NCBI GenBank assembly: GCA_003345595.1
Contig: PRDI01000129.1
Span: forward strand, 1-64,000
Origin: Candidatus Thorarchaeota archaeon
GTDB lineage: Archaea > Asgardarchaeota > Thorarchaeia > Thorarchaeales > Thorarchaeaceae
DNA: 64,000 nucleotides
Reading direction: 5' to 3'
The notes beneath the pieces were generated by a model. That model was not told where the DNA came from. It did no database searches and was given only the letters and a program-made list of their open reading frames with translations. The position numbers and the translations under genes are program-made. Positions 49,543-57,362 of this stretch are shown here, one piece after another. Every line of letters begins with the position of its first letter. The stretch's first letter is position 1.

Positions 49543-51027
49543 TCATTTCTCTGGGCGACGAGCCACAGTCAGCCCGAGCCCCAAGATAGCGAATAGCGTC
49601 AAAACCACGATTGGAATCGCTATGTCGATGAGTGTTGCGCCAAAGAACACCACAGCCTTGACTGCCATCACGTAGTATGTCAGTGGAAACAGATACGGCA
49701 GGAAGCTAAGATAGGAAGGCAGTAGAGAAGCCGGGAAAAAGATCCCACAGAGAAATATCTGAGGAATGACGTAGATTGGTATCATCTGTATGACTTGGAG
49801 CTCAGTCCTCATCCTATAAGATGCTGCGATTGCCAATGTCACGGACCCCATGACCAACAAGAGCACCAATGGAATTAGGAGCCCCATCGCAGACAACATG
49901 CTTGGCGAGAAGTAGACTATGACGACGCTGATGATTGTTGTTTGAACGAAGGAAACGGCAATAAACGCGATGACATAGCCTATCACTATCTCTGTTTCAT
50001 TGAGAGGTGAAGCACGCATTCTCTCAAGAGTGCCCTGTTGCCTTTCTCGCAAGAAGAAGACTCCAGAGATGATGAAGCCAAAGAAGAGGGCGAAGAAGCC
50101 AATAACCGACGGCCCCGCCAGCTCAATCATGGACATTCCGGCACTGCCATAGACATAGGTGACGGTGACTTCAGTGCCCTTGCCAACCGCAGACTTGGTG
50201 GCATCTGCAAGAGCCTTTTGAATAGCCGACAGAGCGATGCTTGCGTCTGTGCTCTCAATCCCGTTTACAAAGAGCTCAATGGTCGGCTCTCCACCAGTGA
50301 GTATCATGGTGGTAAAGTCCCCAGCAACGTAAACACCTGCAATGCTTCTTTCTTGACGAATGGATTCGATTACTGCTTCACGGCTTGCGCAGGAAATCAA
50401 AGACACGTTCCCATCAGCGGCTAGGTTCTCTTCGACCAGTGACCCAATCACGGTGCTGAAACCTTCGTCTTCATTCACGAGTGAAATATTGAAGGAGAGA
50501 TCTCCACCAATGGGTGGTGAAGGAAACTGGACAGTGACATTACGATTAATCGCGAGACCGCTTCTGCCGAGGAGTTGGGACAGTCCGTCACTAGTTGCGT
50601 TGGCCACCACCCCCATTATGAAAGTGGCCCGAGGCTGGACAGTGACATTGATATGTAGACCTAGACTGACATTCTCGCCTCTGATGATGGCTGATGTGAG
50701 AGTAGGCGGCATTATCAAGACGGCCTGCACGTCATTGCCAAAGCCATCGAAAGCATTGGCCCTAGATCTCTGGATGACCGACACGTTCTGATTCTCATCT
50801 AGCTGTGCATTGATAGCGTCCCCCAGTGTTATCCCCCACGGCTGGTCCAGTATGCATGCTGCTGTGGGCACATTTGTCACTTCGCCAGTGAACATGAGTG
50901 CAAAGATGAAAGTGACAATGAGTGGGGCAACTATCATCAGCCCTAGAGTACGCCGGTCTCGCCGTATCTGGCGAGCAATTCGTTGCACCATAGTGCGAAT
51001 CCTGTGCGCGTCGAAACTTCTACTCAT
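49543..51027 (-). CDS. ABC-2 permease with a duplicated extracellular domain
   Basis: RDRRT, RERQQGTLER...SP, G.FFP...LP, PLTY. Confidence 0.88.
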   Translation of the reverse strand: MSRSFDAHRIRTMVQRIARQIRRDRRTLGLMIVAPLIVTFIFALMFTGEVTNVPTAACILDQPWGITLGDAINAQLDENQNVSVIQRSRANAFDGFGNDVQAVLIMPPTLTSAIIRGENVSLGLHINVTVQPRATFIMGVVANATSDGLSQLLGRSGLAINRNVTVQFPSPPIGGDLSFNISLVNEDEGFSTVIGSLVEENLAADGNVSLISCASREAVIESIRQERSIAGVYVAGDFTTMILTGGEPTIELFVNGIESTDASIALSAIQKALADATKSAVGKGTEVTVTYVYGSAGMSMIELAGPSVIGFFALFFGFIISGVFFLRERQQGTLERMRASPLNETEIVIGYVIAFIAVSFVQTTIISVVIVYFSPSMLSAMGLLIPLVLLLVMGSVTLAIAASYRMRTELQVIQMIPIYVIPQIFLCGIFFPASLLPSYLSFLPYLFPLTYYVMAVKAVVFFGATLIDIAIPIVVLTLFAILGLGLTVARRPEK

Positions 51028-51941
51028 TGACCCGCCCTCCTTGCAAGGTACGAGAACGCCTCTTCGAGACCCGGCTGCTGAACCATTATCTTTCGGGCAT
51101 GCACCCCTGACGCAGATATGGCTCCAAAGGCACGGAGAAGCATTTCATCGCTCTGCGTTCTGATTCTGAAGTGGCTCCCAGTGAATTCATTTTCTGCAAT
51201 CCCATCTAGAGCTTGCTTGAGGCGAGGCGAGTCTTCAGGGCTCACCTCACCGGAGATGGTGCGCTCAAGCGGCATAGAAGAGGTGAGTTCATTTGGAGAC
51301 CCAAGTCCTATCAATCGGCCTTGAAGTATCATGGCCACGGTGTCACAACGAGAGGCCTCCTCAAGGTAGTGAGTTGTCATGATAATCGTCCGTCCCTGGC
51401 GGGCGAGCCCTTGGAAGTAGTCCCAGAACTCAGCACGCAGGTGGGGACTGATACCAACTGTGGGCTCGTCGAGGAAGATTAGCTCGGGATCATGGACAAT
51501 CGTGCAGGCTAGGCTGAGTCTTTGCACAGTGCCCCCACTCAAGACCTCAACGGGACGATCAAGGTAGTCTGTGATGCGAGTGAGCTCTGCCACTCTGGTG
51601 ACGGCTTCGCCTCTCTTGTGCAAGTCTGACACACCATATGTATCAGCAAAGAACTCAAGGTTCTCCCTTGCAGTCAGGTCAGGATAGAGAGCCTTCTGTT
51701 GGGTCATGTACCCGAGCTTGGCCCTTTCTTCAGGAGACAGCAAGTCCGACCTTCGGTCCCCAATGTAGCACGCACCTGAGGTGGGCTTCAGTATGCCAAC
51801 CATCATTCGCACCAGTGTCGTCTTGCCTGCCCCATTCGGACCAATCATACCAAGGATGGTCCCGGGTGGAATCTCAAGACTGACATTGTCCACAGCCAAG
51901 ACATCCCCGAAACGCTTGGAAACATTCGCGGCTCTAATCAA
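51024..51941 (-). CDS. ABC-2 ATPase
   Basis: GPNGAGKT, LSGG, LDEPT, TTHY.EEA. Confidence 0.93.
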   Translation of the reverse strand: MIRAANVSKRFGDVLAVDNVSLEIPPGTILGMIGPNGAGKTTLVRMMVGILKPTSGACYIGDRRSDLLSPEERAKLGYMTQQKALYPDLTARENLEFFADTYGVSDLHKRGEAVTRVAELTRITDYLDRPVEVLSGGTVQRLSLACTIVHDPELIFLDEPTVGISPHLRAEFWDYFQGLARQGRTIIMTTHYLEEASRCDTVAMILQGRLIGLGSPNELTSSMPLERTISGEVSPEDSPRLKQALDGIAENEFTGSHFRIRTQSDEMLLRAFGAISASGVHARKIMVQQPGLEEAFSYLARRAGQ

Positions 51942-52126
51942 TGGTCATGTCACCACCAAATCCTGCCTCTTCCTCGTCCAGAGGGCGTCTGGACCAGTGC
52001 TGCTCTCTATGGCCCATCCAAATGATAAAGGAGTGGTGTTACTCTAGAGGTTACAGGGAAGGTTGACGATGGATTCGGAGAACCTCAACGACTGTCATAA
52101 TGATGTGGTTTGCGGGAACAGTGCAT

Positions 52127-52142
52127 CGTGACCATGGTCACG
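52127..52142. promoter_or_regulatory. Perfect 16-bp palindrome, candidate operator
   Basis: CGTGACCATGGTCACG in the divergent ABC/TrmB intergenic region. Confidence 0.55.
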
Positions 52143-52246
52143 TTTAGCCTTCAGAACCGCGAGGGCTGACAGATTCCTGTTACCCCAAAAGTGACAAGAA
52201 CTTGAAGAGTTTCTACGTATGCTGTCAGTCGGCCCGAAGTGATCAC

Positions 52247-53074
52247 ATGAGTAGCGATGACGTTGTGTCCGAGCTGATGCACCTAGGTCTGAACAGGAGC
52301 GAAGCAAGGGCCTACAAGGTGCTGGCTTCTGTTGGCCAATCTACGGCGCGTGCAGTCGCAGATTCTTCAGGAGTGCCGAGGAGCAAGGTCTACGAAGTCC
52401 TCTATTCCCTTGAACAGAGAGGCCTTGTCAGGAGAGCAGTTGGCACGAGTCCCACGGAGTTCAGAGCATACGAACCGCGCAACGCGATACCGTATCTGAT
52501 AGAGAAACTGCAGAACTCGGGCAAGTCCGTACTAGCCGAGCTTGAGAGTCTCGCCATGCAAAAGAAGGCTGCATCAGAAGAGTTCGTGTGGACTGAGGCG
52601 GGCAGTGACCAAATCAAACTGGGCACGAGAGAGGCAATCGCAAGGGCAACAAAGGAAGTCTTCATTGCAACAAGGGACCCGGGCCTTCTGAGTTCGCTGA
52701 GGCCTGCGTTGGCTGACGCGAAGAAAAGAGGAGTCGAGATAAAGCTGGTATCAGGGGGACTCAGCGATCAGAATCTGGAGGAGTTCAAACATTACGCAAC
52801 CATCGTCGATGTGACAGAATTGAGCTCTCGAGTTCTCATTGACCAGCTGCAGAAGGTCCTTGCTGATGAAACGATTGAAACTGCCGGTTGGGACCCGAAT
52901 CAGATCTCTATGGTTCTGATTGACAACTCAGAGAGTGTTGCTGTCTTCAAGCCATTGCAGGATTCGGCACGGCCGTGGTGCTTACACGTTAGAAGTCCAC
53001 TCATAGCCATCTTCCAGCGACAAGTGATTGTTGCCCTTCTTGGAGCAGTCGAACGTCTGCTTTCAGGAAAGTAA
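52247..53074 (+). CDS. TrmB-family transcriptional regulator
   Basis: LGL...EARAY..L, TA..VA..SGVPRSKVYEVL.SL..RGLV; C-terminal effector domain. Confidence 0.9.
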   Translation: MSSDDVVSELMHLGLNRSEARAYKVLASVGQSTARAVADSSGVPRSKVYEVLYSLEQRGLVRRAVGTSPTEFRAYEPRNAIPYLIEKLQNSGKSVLAELESLAMQKKAASEEFVWTEAGSDQIKLGTREAIARATKEVFIATRDPGLLSSLRPALADAKKRGVEIKLVSGGLSDQNLEEFKHYATIVDVTELSSRVLIDQLQKVLADETIETAGWDPNQISMVLIDNSESVAVFKPLQDSARPWCLHVRSPLIAIFQRQVIVALLGAVERLLSGK

Positions 53075-53214
53075 TCAGAATCCCGCCAAGGTCTGAAATG
53101 ATTGGCGGACTCGAGTATCCTACCCACCAACTCACGGGGACAGATTGATATTCAGGCTCAGGAATCGGCTGGTCAAGGGAGCCTGTGAATAAGCTCTCAG
53201 GAGCGAAGTCGGGT

Positions 53215-54024
53215 TTGAAGGAGTCCCATTTGAAAGCCATGAGATGCCCTTCATGTCACAAGGCACTTCGCCTTTCCGAGAGATATCCGGAAGGTGATGA
53301 GATTGAGAGTGGAAAAATCGTGTGTGAGAAAGGGCACAGATGGGCTATAGACGAAGGCATCCCAACGATGATCTACCCCAAGGTGAACGAGAAAGACGAG
53401 GCTTGGATCAGACAGTACGACGACTTGGCCGAGAACTATGACGAATTCCTGAAAACATATGATAAATGGCTTGGTGTCGACATGATGAAGGAGAGGGAGA
53501 GAGCAGGACTTTATGTTACAATGGAGGGTCCTGTCAAGGTACTTGATATCAGCGTAGGGACAGGCGCGAACTTCGTTGCCCTGTTCAATGCGTTCAGGAA
53601 CGAGATGGGCAGGTTCAATCTCCATGGTCTCGATCTATCACGTGGAATGCTGAGAGTTGCGAAAAGGAAGTTCAAGGAACTGGATATCACTGTGGGCCTT
53701 GTCAACGCAAGTGTCTTCAACACACCATTCCAAGACAACTACTTCAGCCTAGTGCTCCACAGCGGCGGCATCAATACGTTCTCGGACAAAGGCCGCGCAC
53801 TCGAAGAGATGTGGCGTGTGGCGAAACCTGGTGGTGTCGTCTTGGTCAGTGACGAAGGGCTGTCTCCGGAGGTGAGAGGCTCGGAGAGAGGAAGAGAGAT
53901 ACTCAAGACCAACGCGTTATTTGGATCAAAACCGCCGCTGCAGTATGTCCCGCAAGGAGCACGGAACCTCGAAGTCACCTACGTCATGAATGGGACTTTC
54001 TATCAGATGGCCTTCGGCAAATGA
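53215..54024 (+). CDS. Class I SAM methyltransferase with an N-terminal Trm112-like domain
   Basis: MKE..L..MRCPSC...IESG.IVC..GH.W.I.EGIP; VLDISVGTG, GLDLSRGML, RVAKPGG. TTG start inferred. Confidence 0.85.
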   Translation: MKESHLKAMRCPSCHKALRLSERYPEGDEIESGKIVCEKGHRWAIDEGIPTMIYPKVNEKDEAWIRQYDDLAENYDEFLKTYDKWLGVDMMKERERAGLYVTMEGPVKVLDISVGTGANFVALFNAFRNEMGRFNLHGLDLSRGMLRVAKRKFKELDITVGLVNASVFNTPFQDNYFSLVLHSGGINTFSDKGRALEEMWRVAKPGGVVLVSDEGLSPEVRGSERGREILKTNALFGSKPPLQYVPQGARNLEVTYVMNGTFYQMAFGK

Positions 54025-54121
54025 TCCGGGTTTCCGAATTGAAGTTATACTCAAGAATTAGGAGAAAGCAGTAGGGACAGCTCGTCCTCTCCAACCAGTC
54101 CTAGGAAAAATAGAACGGTGC

Positions 54122-54262
54122 TTACGTGGCTTCCCACATAAGCACATCTTCAAGCGTCAAGGAGCGACACGTGTTATTCTGATTGCCCTTGTCAGCGCTC
54201 TTTGCGGTATGTAGAAATGCTCTTGTCCTGCGAGCAACTTGGCGGATTCCCTGGTCTTGCAT
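54122..54262 (-). CDS. 46-aa small ORF (not in the ORF track)
   Basis: MQDQGIRQVARRTRAFLHTAKSADKGNQNNTCRSLTLEDVLMWEAT. Starts 13 nt after the upstream small ORF and is followed by a T-tract. Confidence 0.45.
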   Translation of the reverse strand: MQDQGIRQVARRTRAFLHTAKSADKGNQNNTCRSLTLEDVLMWEAT

Positions 54263-54275
54263 TGCTAGCTCTTCC

Positions 54276-54383
54276 CTATCTCCTGTAAACATAGGCGTAG
54301 TAGAGAGCGCTAGTGCTCATCACAGTTCGAGGGTGCTTGCTAGCAGTCGTGTTCGGCTTCTGAGAATCGGTTTCGTGTGCCAT
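54276..54383 (-). CDS. 35-aa small ORF with a Tyr-rich C-terminus (not in the ORF track)
   Basis: MAHETDSQKPNTTASKHPRTVMSTSALYYAYVYRR; GGTGA SD and upstream TTTATATA box. Confidence 0.55.
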   Translation of the reverse strand: MAHETDSQKPNTTASKHPRTVMSTSALYYAYVYRR

Positions 54384-54443
54384 AGTCTTTCACCATTGGT
54401 TTGTGTTGGAAACTATTCGATGGTTTTGGTGTGTACTCGAAAG

Positions 54444-54522
54444 TATATAAAGGTTTGGTCACCCAACCATTATGATGGACATTATGTCAGTGACCAATGG
54501 TTCATAGAACAAAACTTTAATA
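54444..54522. promoter_or_regulatory. Divergent promoters flanking an extended imperfect palindrome
   Basis: Minus-strand TATA TTTATATA (54451-54444), plus-strand TTTAATA (54516-54522); AACCATT...GACAT-T-ATGTC...AATGGTT at 54465-54502. Confidence 0.6.
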
Positions 54523-54588
54523 CGCAAACTTTCAAAGAGGCCCATGAACATGGAAAATGCCTCTAAGGTAGGACTTGGTGATACGGAA

Positions 54589-55326
54589 ATGTCCGAGGAA
54601 CTGACTGACACACTGACCGGGATTGTAGTGACGCAGGAAGGCAAGAAACCTCAGAGGGAACTGGAATTCGTGACAGACGAAAAGAAAGCCAGCGTTCTTC
54701 TTGAACCCGTCCGGCGTCATATTGTCAACGTTCTCAGAAAAGGCATCGATGACGAAGTGACTTCGGAGGAGTTCAACAAGGAAACCAGTGAGAGAATCAT
54801 CCGCAAGAGAGCAGTGAAGCGCTATACGATGTCAGTAGTTGAGATTGTAAAGGCATCGACCTGTGACAAGAGTGCCCAGGGATTCACAAAGAACCAAGTC
54901 TACCATCACCTGCCGACATTGATTGAGGCAGGGTTTGTTATCAAGTATGGCACAGTCACTACTGGCAAGCGCACTACAGACTACTACCGAAGGACAGCAA
55001 GGGGATTCGTAATAGCGGTCAAGCCGGCTGCAAAGGATGAGAAGGTCGTTCGAAAAGAGGTTTCTGAAAAGATTGGGAGGATATTGAGCACGTTCCAACT
55101 GGACGTGCAAGACGACCGCAAGCAAGAACTTGTGGATCTTGCGACCCGTCTGTCAGTGATGGAAACATCTTGGCGGGCAAAGATAGGCAAGCTAGTCAGA
55201 GACGACATCGCTGATCCTGACATAATCGACATCTTTGCGTCGCTGGTGGACATATATGGCGAAGGTTCGGAAGAGTACAGAAACCTGAAACTGAGAATGC
55301 GTGAGATACTGTTCCCCTCGGGCTGA
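54589..55326 (+). CDS. Winged-helix (ArsR-like) transcriptional regulator with an insertion
   Basis: LLEPVRRHIV.VL, MSV.EI, VYHHL..L.EAGFV, YYRRTA; GGTGA SD before MSEEL. Confidence 0.8.
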   Translation: MSEELTDTLTGIVVTQEGKKPQRELEFVTDEKKASVLLEPVRRHIVNVLRKGIDDEVTSEEFNKETSERIIRKRAVKRYTMSVVEIVKASTCDKSAQGFTKNQVYHHLPTLIEAGFVIKYGTVTTGKRTTDYYRRTARGFVIAVKPAAKDEKVVRKEVSEKIGRILSTFQLDVQDDRKQELVDLATRLSVMETSWRAKIGKLVRDDIADPDIIDIFASLVDIYGEGSEEYRNLKLRMREILFPSG

Positions 55327-56004
55327 TCGTACATCATTCGAAGTGAGTCTACACCTCAAGACCTCAGAACGCTTGCAGTAAGCACAAGTCCGGACCTTAC
55401 TGGGACGCCCAAGACCAGCGACAGATCTTAAGCTACAGGCAGTTACGTCACGGCTGCTCAGTACACGAAAAAGCGCTTCATCCTTCTGTTGGTCGCTCAA
55501 CAGTCCTTGTTCTGGGTAAAGGTGATGGTGGGTCAGGAATTGGACTGAACACGATGGCCAAGCTAGTTGCACGAGGCGCGTAAGGGCTCGACATAGGTCC
55601 TCTGTCTTGTATCATCACAGCTTCAATCGCGGCCACGTCAGTCGATAACACATTGACCGTTTTGCTCGTCTTCGTCCTTCATGATCGTTTCTATGCCGCA
55701 GCGCTCTGGTGCTGACGAGCTGGCTTGATCACAGGTTTCATCTGAAGAGCAAGGACTTGATCCTGGTCACCTTGGTATTCATTTGTGCCCACCCAGTCTT
55801 CAGGATCGCCATCCTTGTTGACAATAGTGTCCTTCCCTTGCCCTTTCTGCTACTGGCCCTGCAAGAGGAAACTCAGCGGCGCCGGCCGCAGATGACTGGC
55901 TTCCTACTCTGATTGGCGTCATGCTTTCACATACAGCCTATCTTCCTTATCGCCAAGTGCTCCTGTGAGTTCGGCCACGCCGGAGTAGAGGACTGTTTCC
56001 ATGC

Positions 56005-56376
56005 TCAGAGTCGGCCGATGAGTTTGAGCGCGGTCCTGGAAACGTCAATGGCGGCTAGCTCGGGAACAGAATCGGCAGTAGCCCACGCCATCAACCATGT
56101 CTTCCCCTCAACTAGCGCCATGAGAAAGTGCCCATTGTTCTGTGACGTCGCTACATAAGACCCGGGACTAGACGCAATCCTGCTGTACTTCACACCATTG
56201 GCAAGGATAGAGGCTGCAGCGGTTTCGGCCGCAGTCGTGAGCTCACGTCCATCCTCAACCAGTGACCAGTTGCTCGTCTGCCACAATATGGTACCGTCTC
56301 TGCACACTGCAAACGCCTGAATCTTTGGGTTGTTCTGGAACAGGTTCTTCCACTCTTCATCAATGACCGTTGACAT
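56005..56376 (-). CDS. Asgard profilin (copy 2)
   Basis: IQAFAV..DG.ILWQTSNW, NGVKYS, VATS..NGHF, W...W; 123 aa. Confidence 0.8.
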   Translation of the reverse strand: MSTVIDEEWKNLFQNNPKIQAFAVCRDGTILWQTSNWSLVEDGRELTTAAETAAASILANGVKYSRIASSPGSYVATSQNNGHFLMALVEGKTWLMAWATADSVPELAAIDVSRTALKLIGRL

Positions 56377-56430
56377 GGGTGAGGCCGCCTAAGAGCTAGC
56401 CAGTCAGACGTAACGCCGCCTGCCGCTCAA

Positions 56431-56823
56431 TCACGCTCGAATCTTACCCTTCAGGAACTTCGCCGAGCGGTCTACGTCGACGTATATCCCGTCAGGAGTA
56501 GCACTTGCGTTCGCCCAAGCAACGACCCACTTATCGCCTTCAATCCTGACGAGCACAAGAGTGCCGTTGCCTGCGGCACTTCGCGCAACAAGACTGTCAG
56601 GGTTCGATCTCATGGTGCTGTACTTTACTTGGTTCTGGATCACGCTCGCCGCCTTCTGGGCCACAGCCGAAACGAGAGCCTTAGCATCCTTAGACAGGTC
56701 CCAGTTGTTGGTCTGCCAGAGGACCTGTCCATTAGCATTGACCACACCAAAGGCCTGAATCATGTGTCCTGAGTCATTATAGGCCCGGGTGTAAGCTTCC
56801 ATCACGACTTGATTGTATGACAC
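56431..56823 (-). CDS. Asgard profilin (copy 1)
   Basis: IQAFGVV..NGQVLWQTNNWDL, QVKYS..RS....LVA....G.G.LV; 130 aa; GGTGA SD. Confidence 0.85.
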   Translation of the reverse strand: MSYNQVVMEAYTRAYNDSGHMIQAFGVVNANGQVLWQTNNWDLSKDAKALVSAVAQKAASVIQNQVKYSTMRSNPDSLVARSAAGNGTLVLVRIEGDKWVVAWANASATPDGIYVDVDRSAKFLKGKIRA

Positions 56824-56952
56824 TCTGCATTCACCCCGTTGGACTCTGTGTTCTGTGAAGCAGTTAGCAGGATACCTGATTTAAGATAATCTTGATGGTC
56901 CTCCACAGAGCCTTGGAGCATGCTCTTATGCAGGGACATACACGCCCTCATT

Positions 56953-57264
56953 GTGACTGACAAGGCAATCTGGGAAACGAGTGAGGGCATCATGATTAGA
57001 GTGCTTGTCAAGCCCAGAAGCAGAACGATTAGACTCATTGAAGAGATAAGCGAAGCAGGGGTGCTCGTTAACCTGAAAGAACCCGCGAGGGAGGGCAAGG
57101 CCAATTCTGAGCTTGTCAAACGGCTCGCAAAGGCGCTGAGTGTTTCGTCCAGTGATGTAGCCATCGTTGCTGGATACGGAACAAGAGAGAAAATTGTGCG
57201 TATTAGAGGGCAAAGTCAGGCAGAGGTGCAAGAGCTTCTTCTCAAGGCCACGAGGAGTCAATGA
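56953..57264 (+). CDS. DUF167/YggU family protein
   Basis: V.VKPRS, P..EGKAN.EL...LAK.L.V, I..G...R.K. Start uncertain. Confidence 0.88.
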   Translation: MTDKAIWETSEGIMIRVLVKPRSRTIRLIEEISEAGVLVNLKEPAREGKANSELVKRLAKALSVSSSDVAIVAGYGTREKIVRIRGQSQAEVQELLLKATRSQ

Positions 57265-57362
57265 ACCATGAAATATGGTGCCTGCCGCCCCGATTATTCC
57301 AACATCTATATCACACTGCTTTTTGTGCCCGATGTTGTTGGAATGACCTCGGAGGCCAAGCC

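Noticed and set aside
55327-55990. Possible pseudogene or ncRNA in the ~670-bp gap; a minus-frame fragment GDPEDWVG resembles part of the 907-1650 protein
   Set aside because: The similarity is too short, frames are interrupted, and I see no convincing RNA structure. It needs BLASTx.
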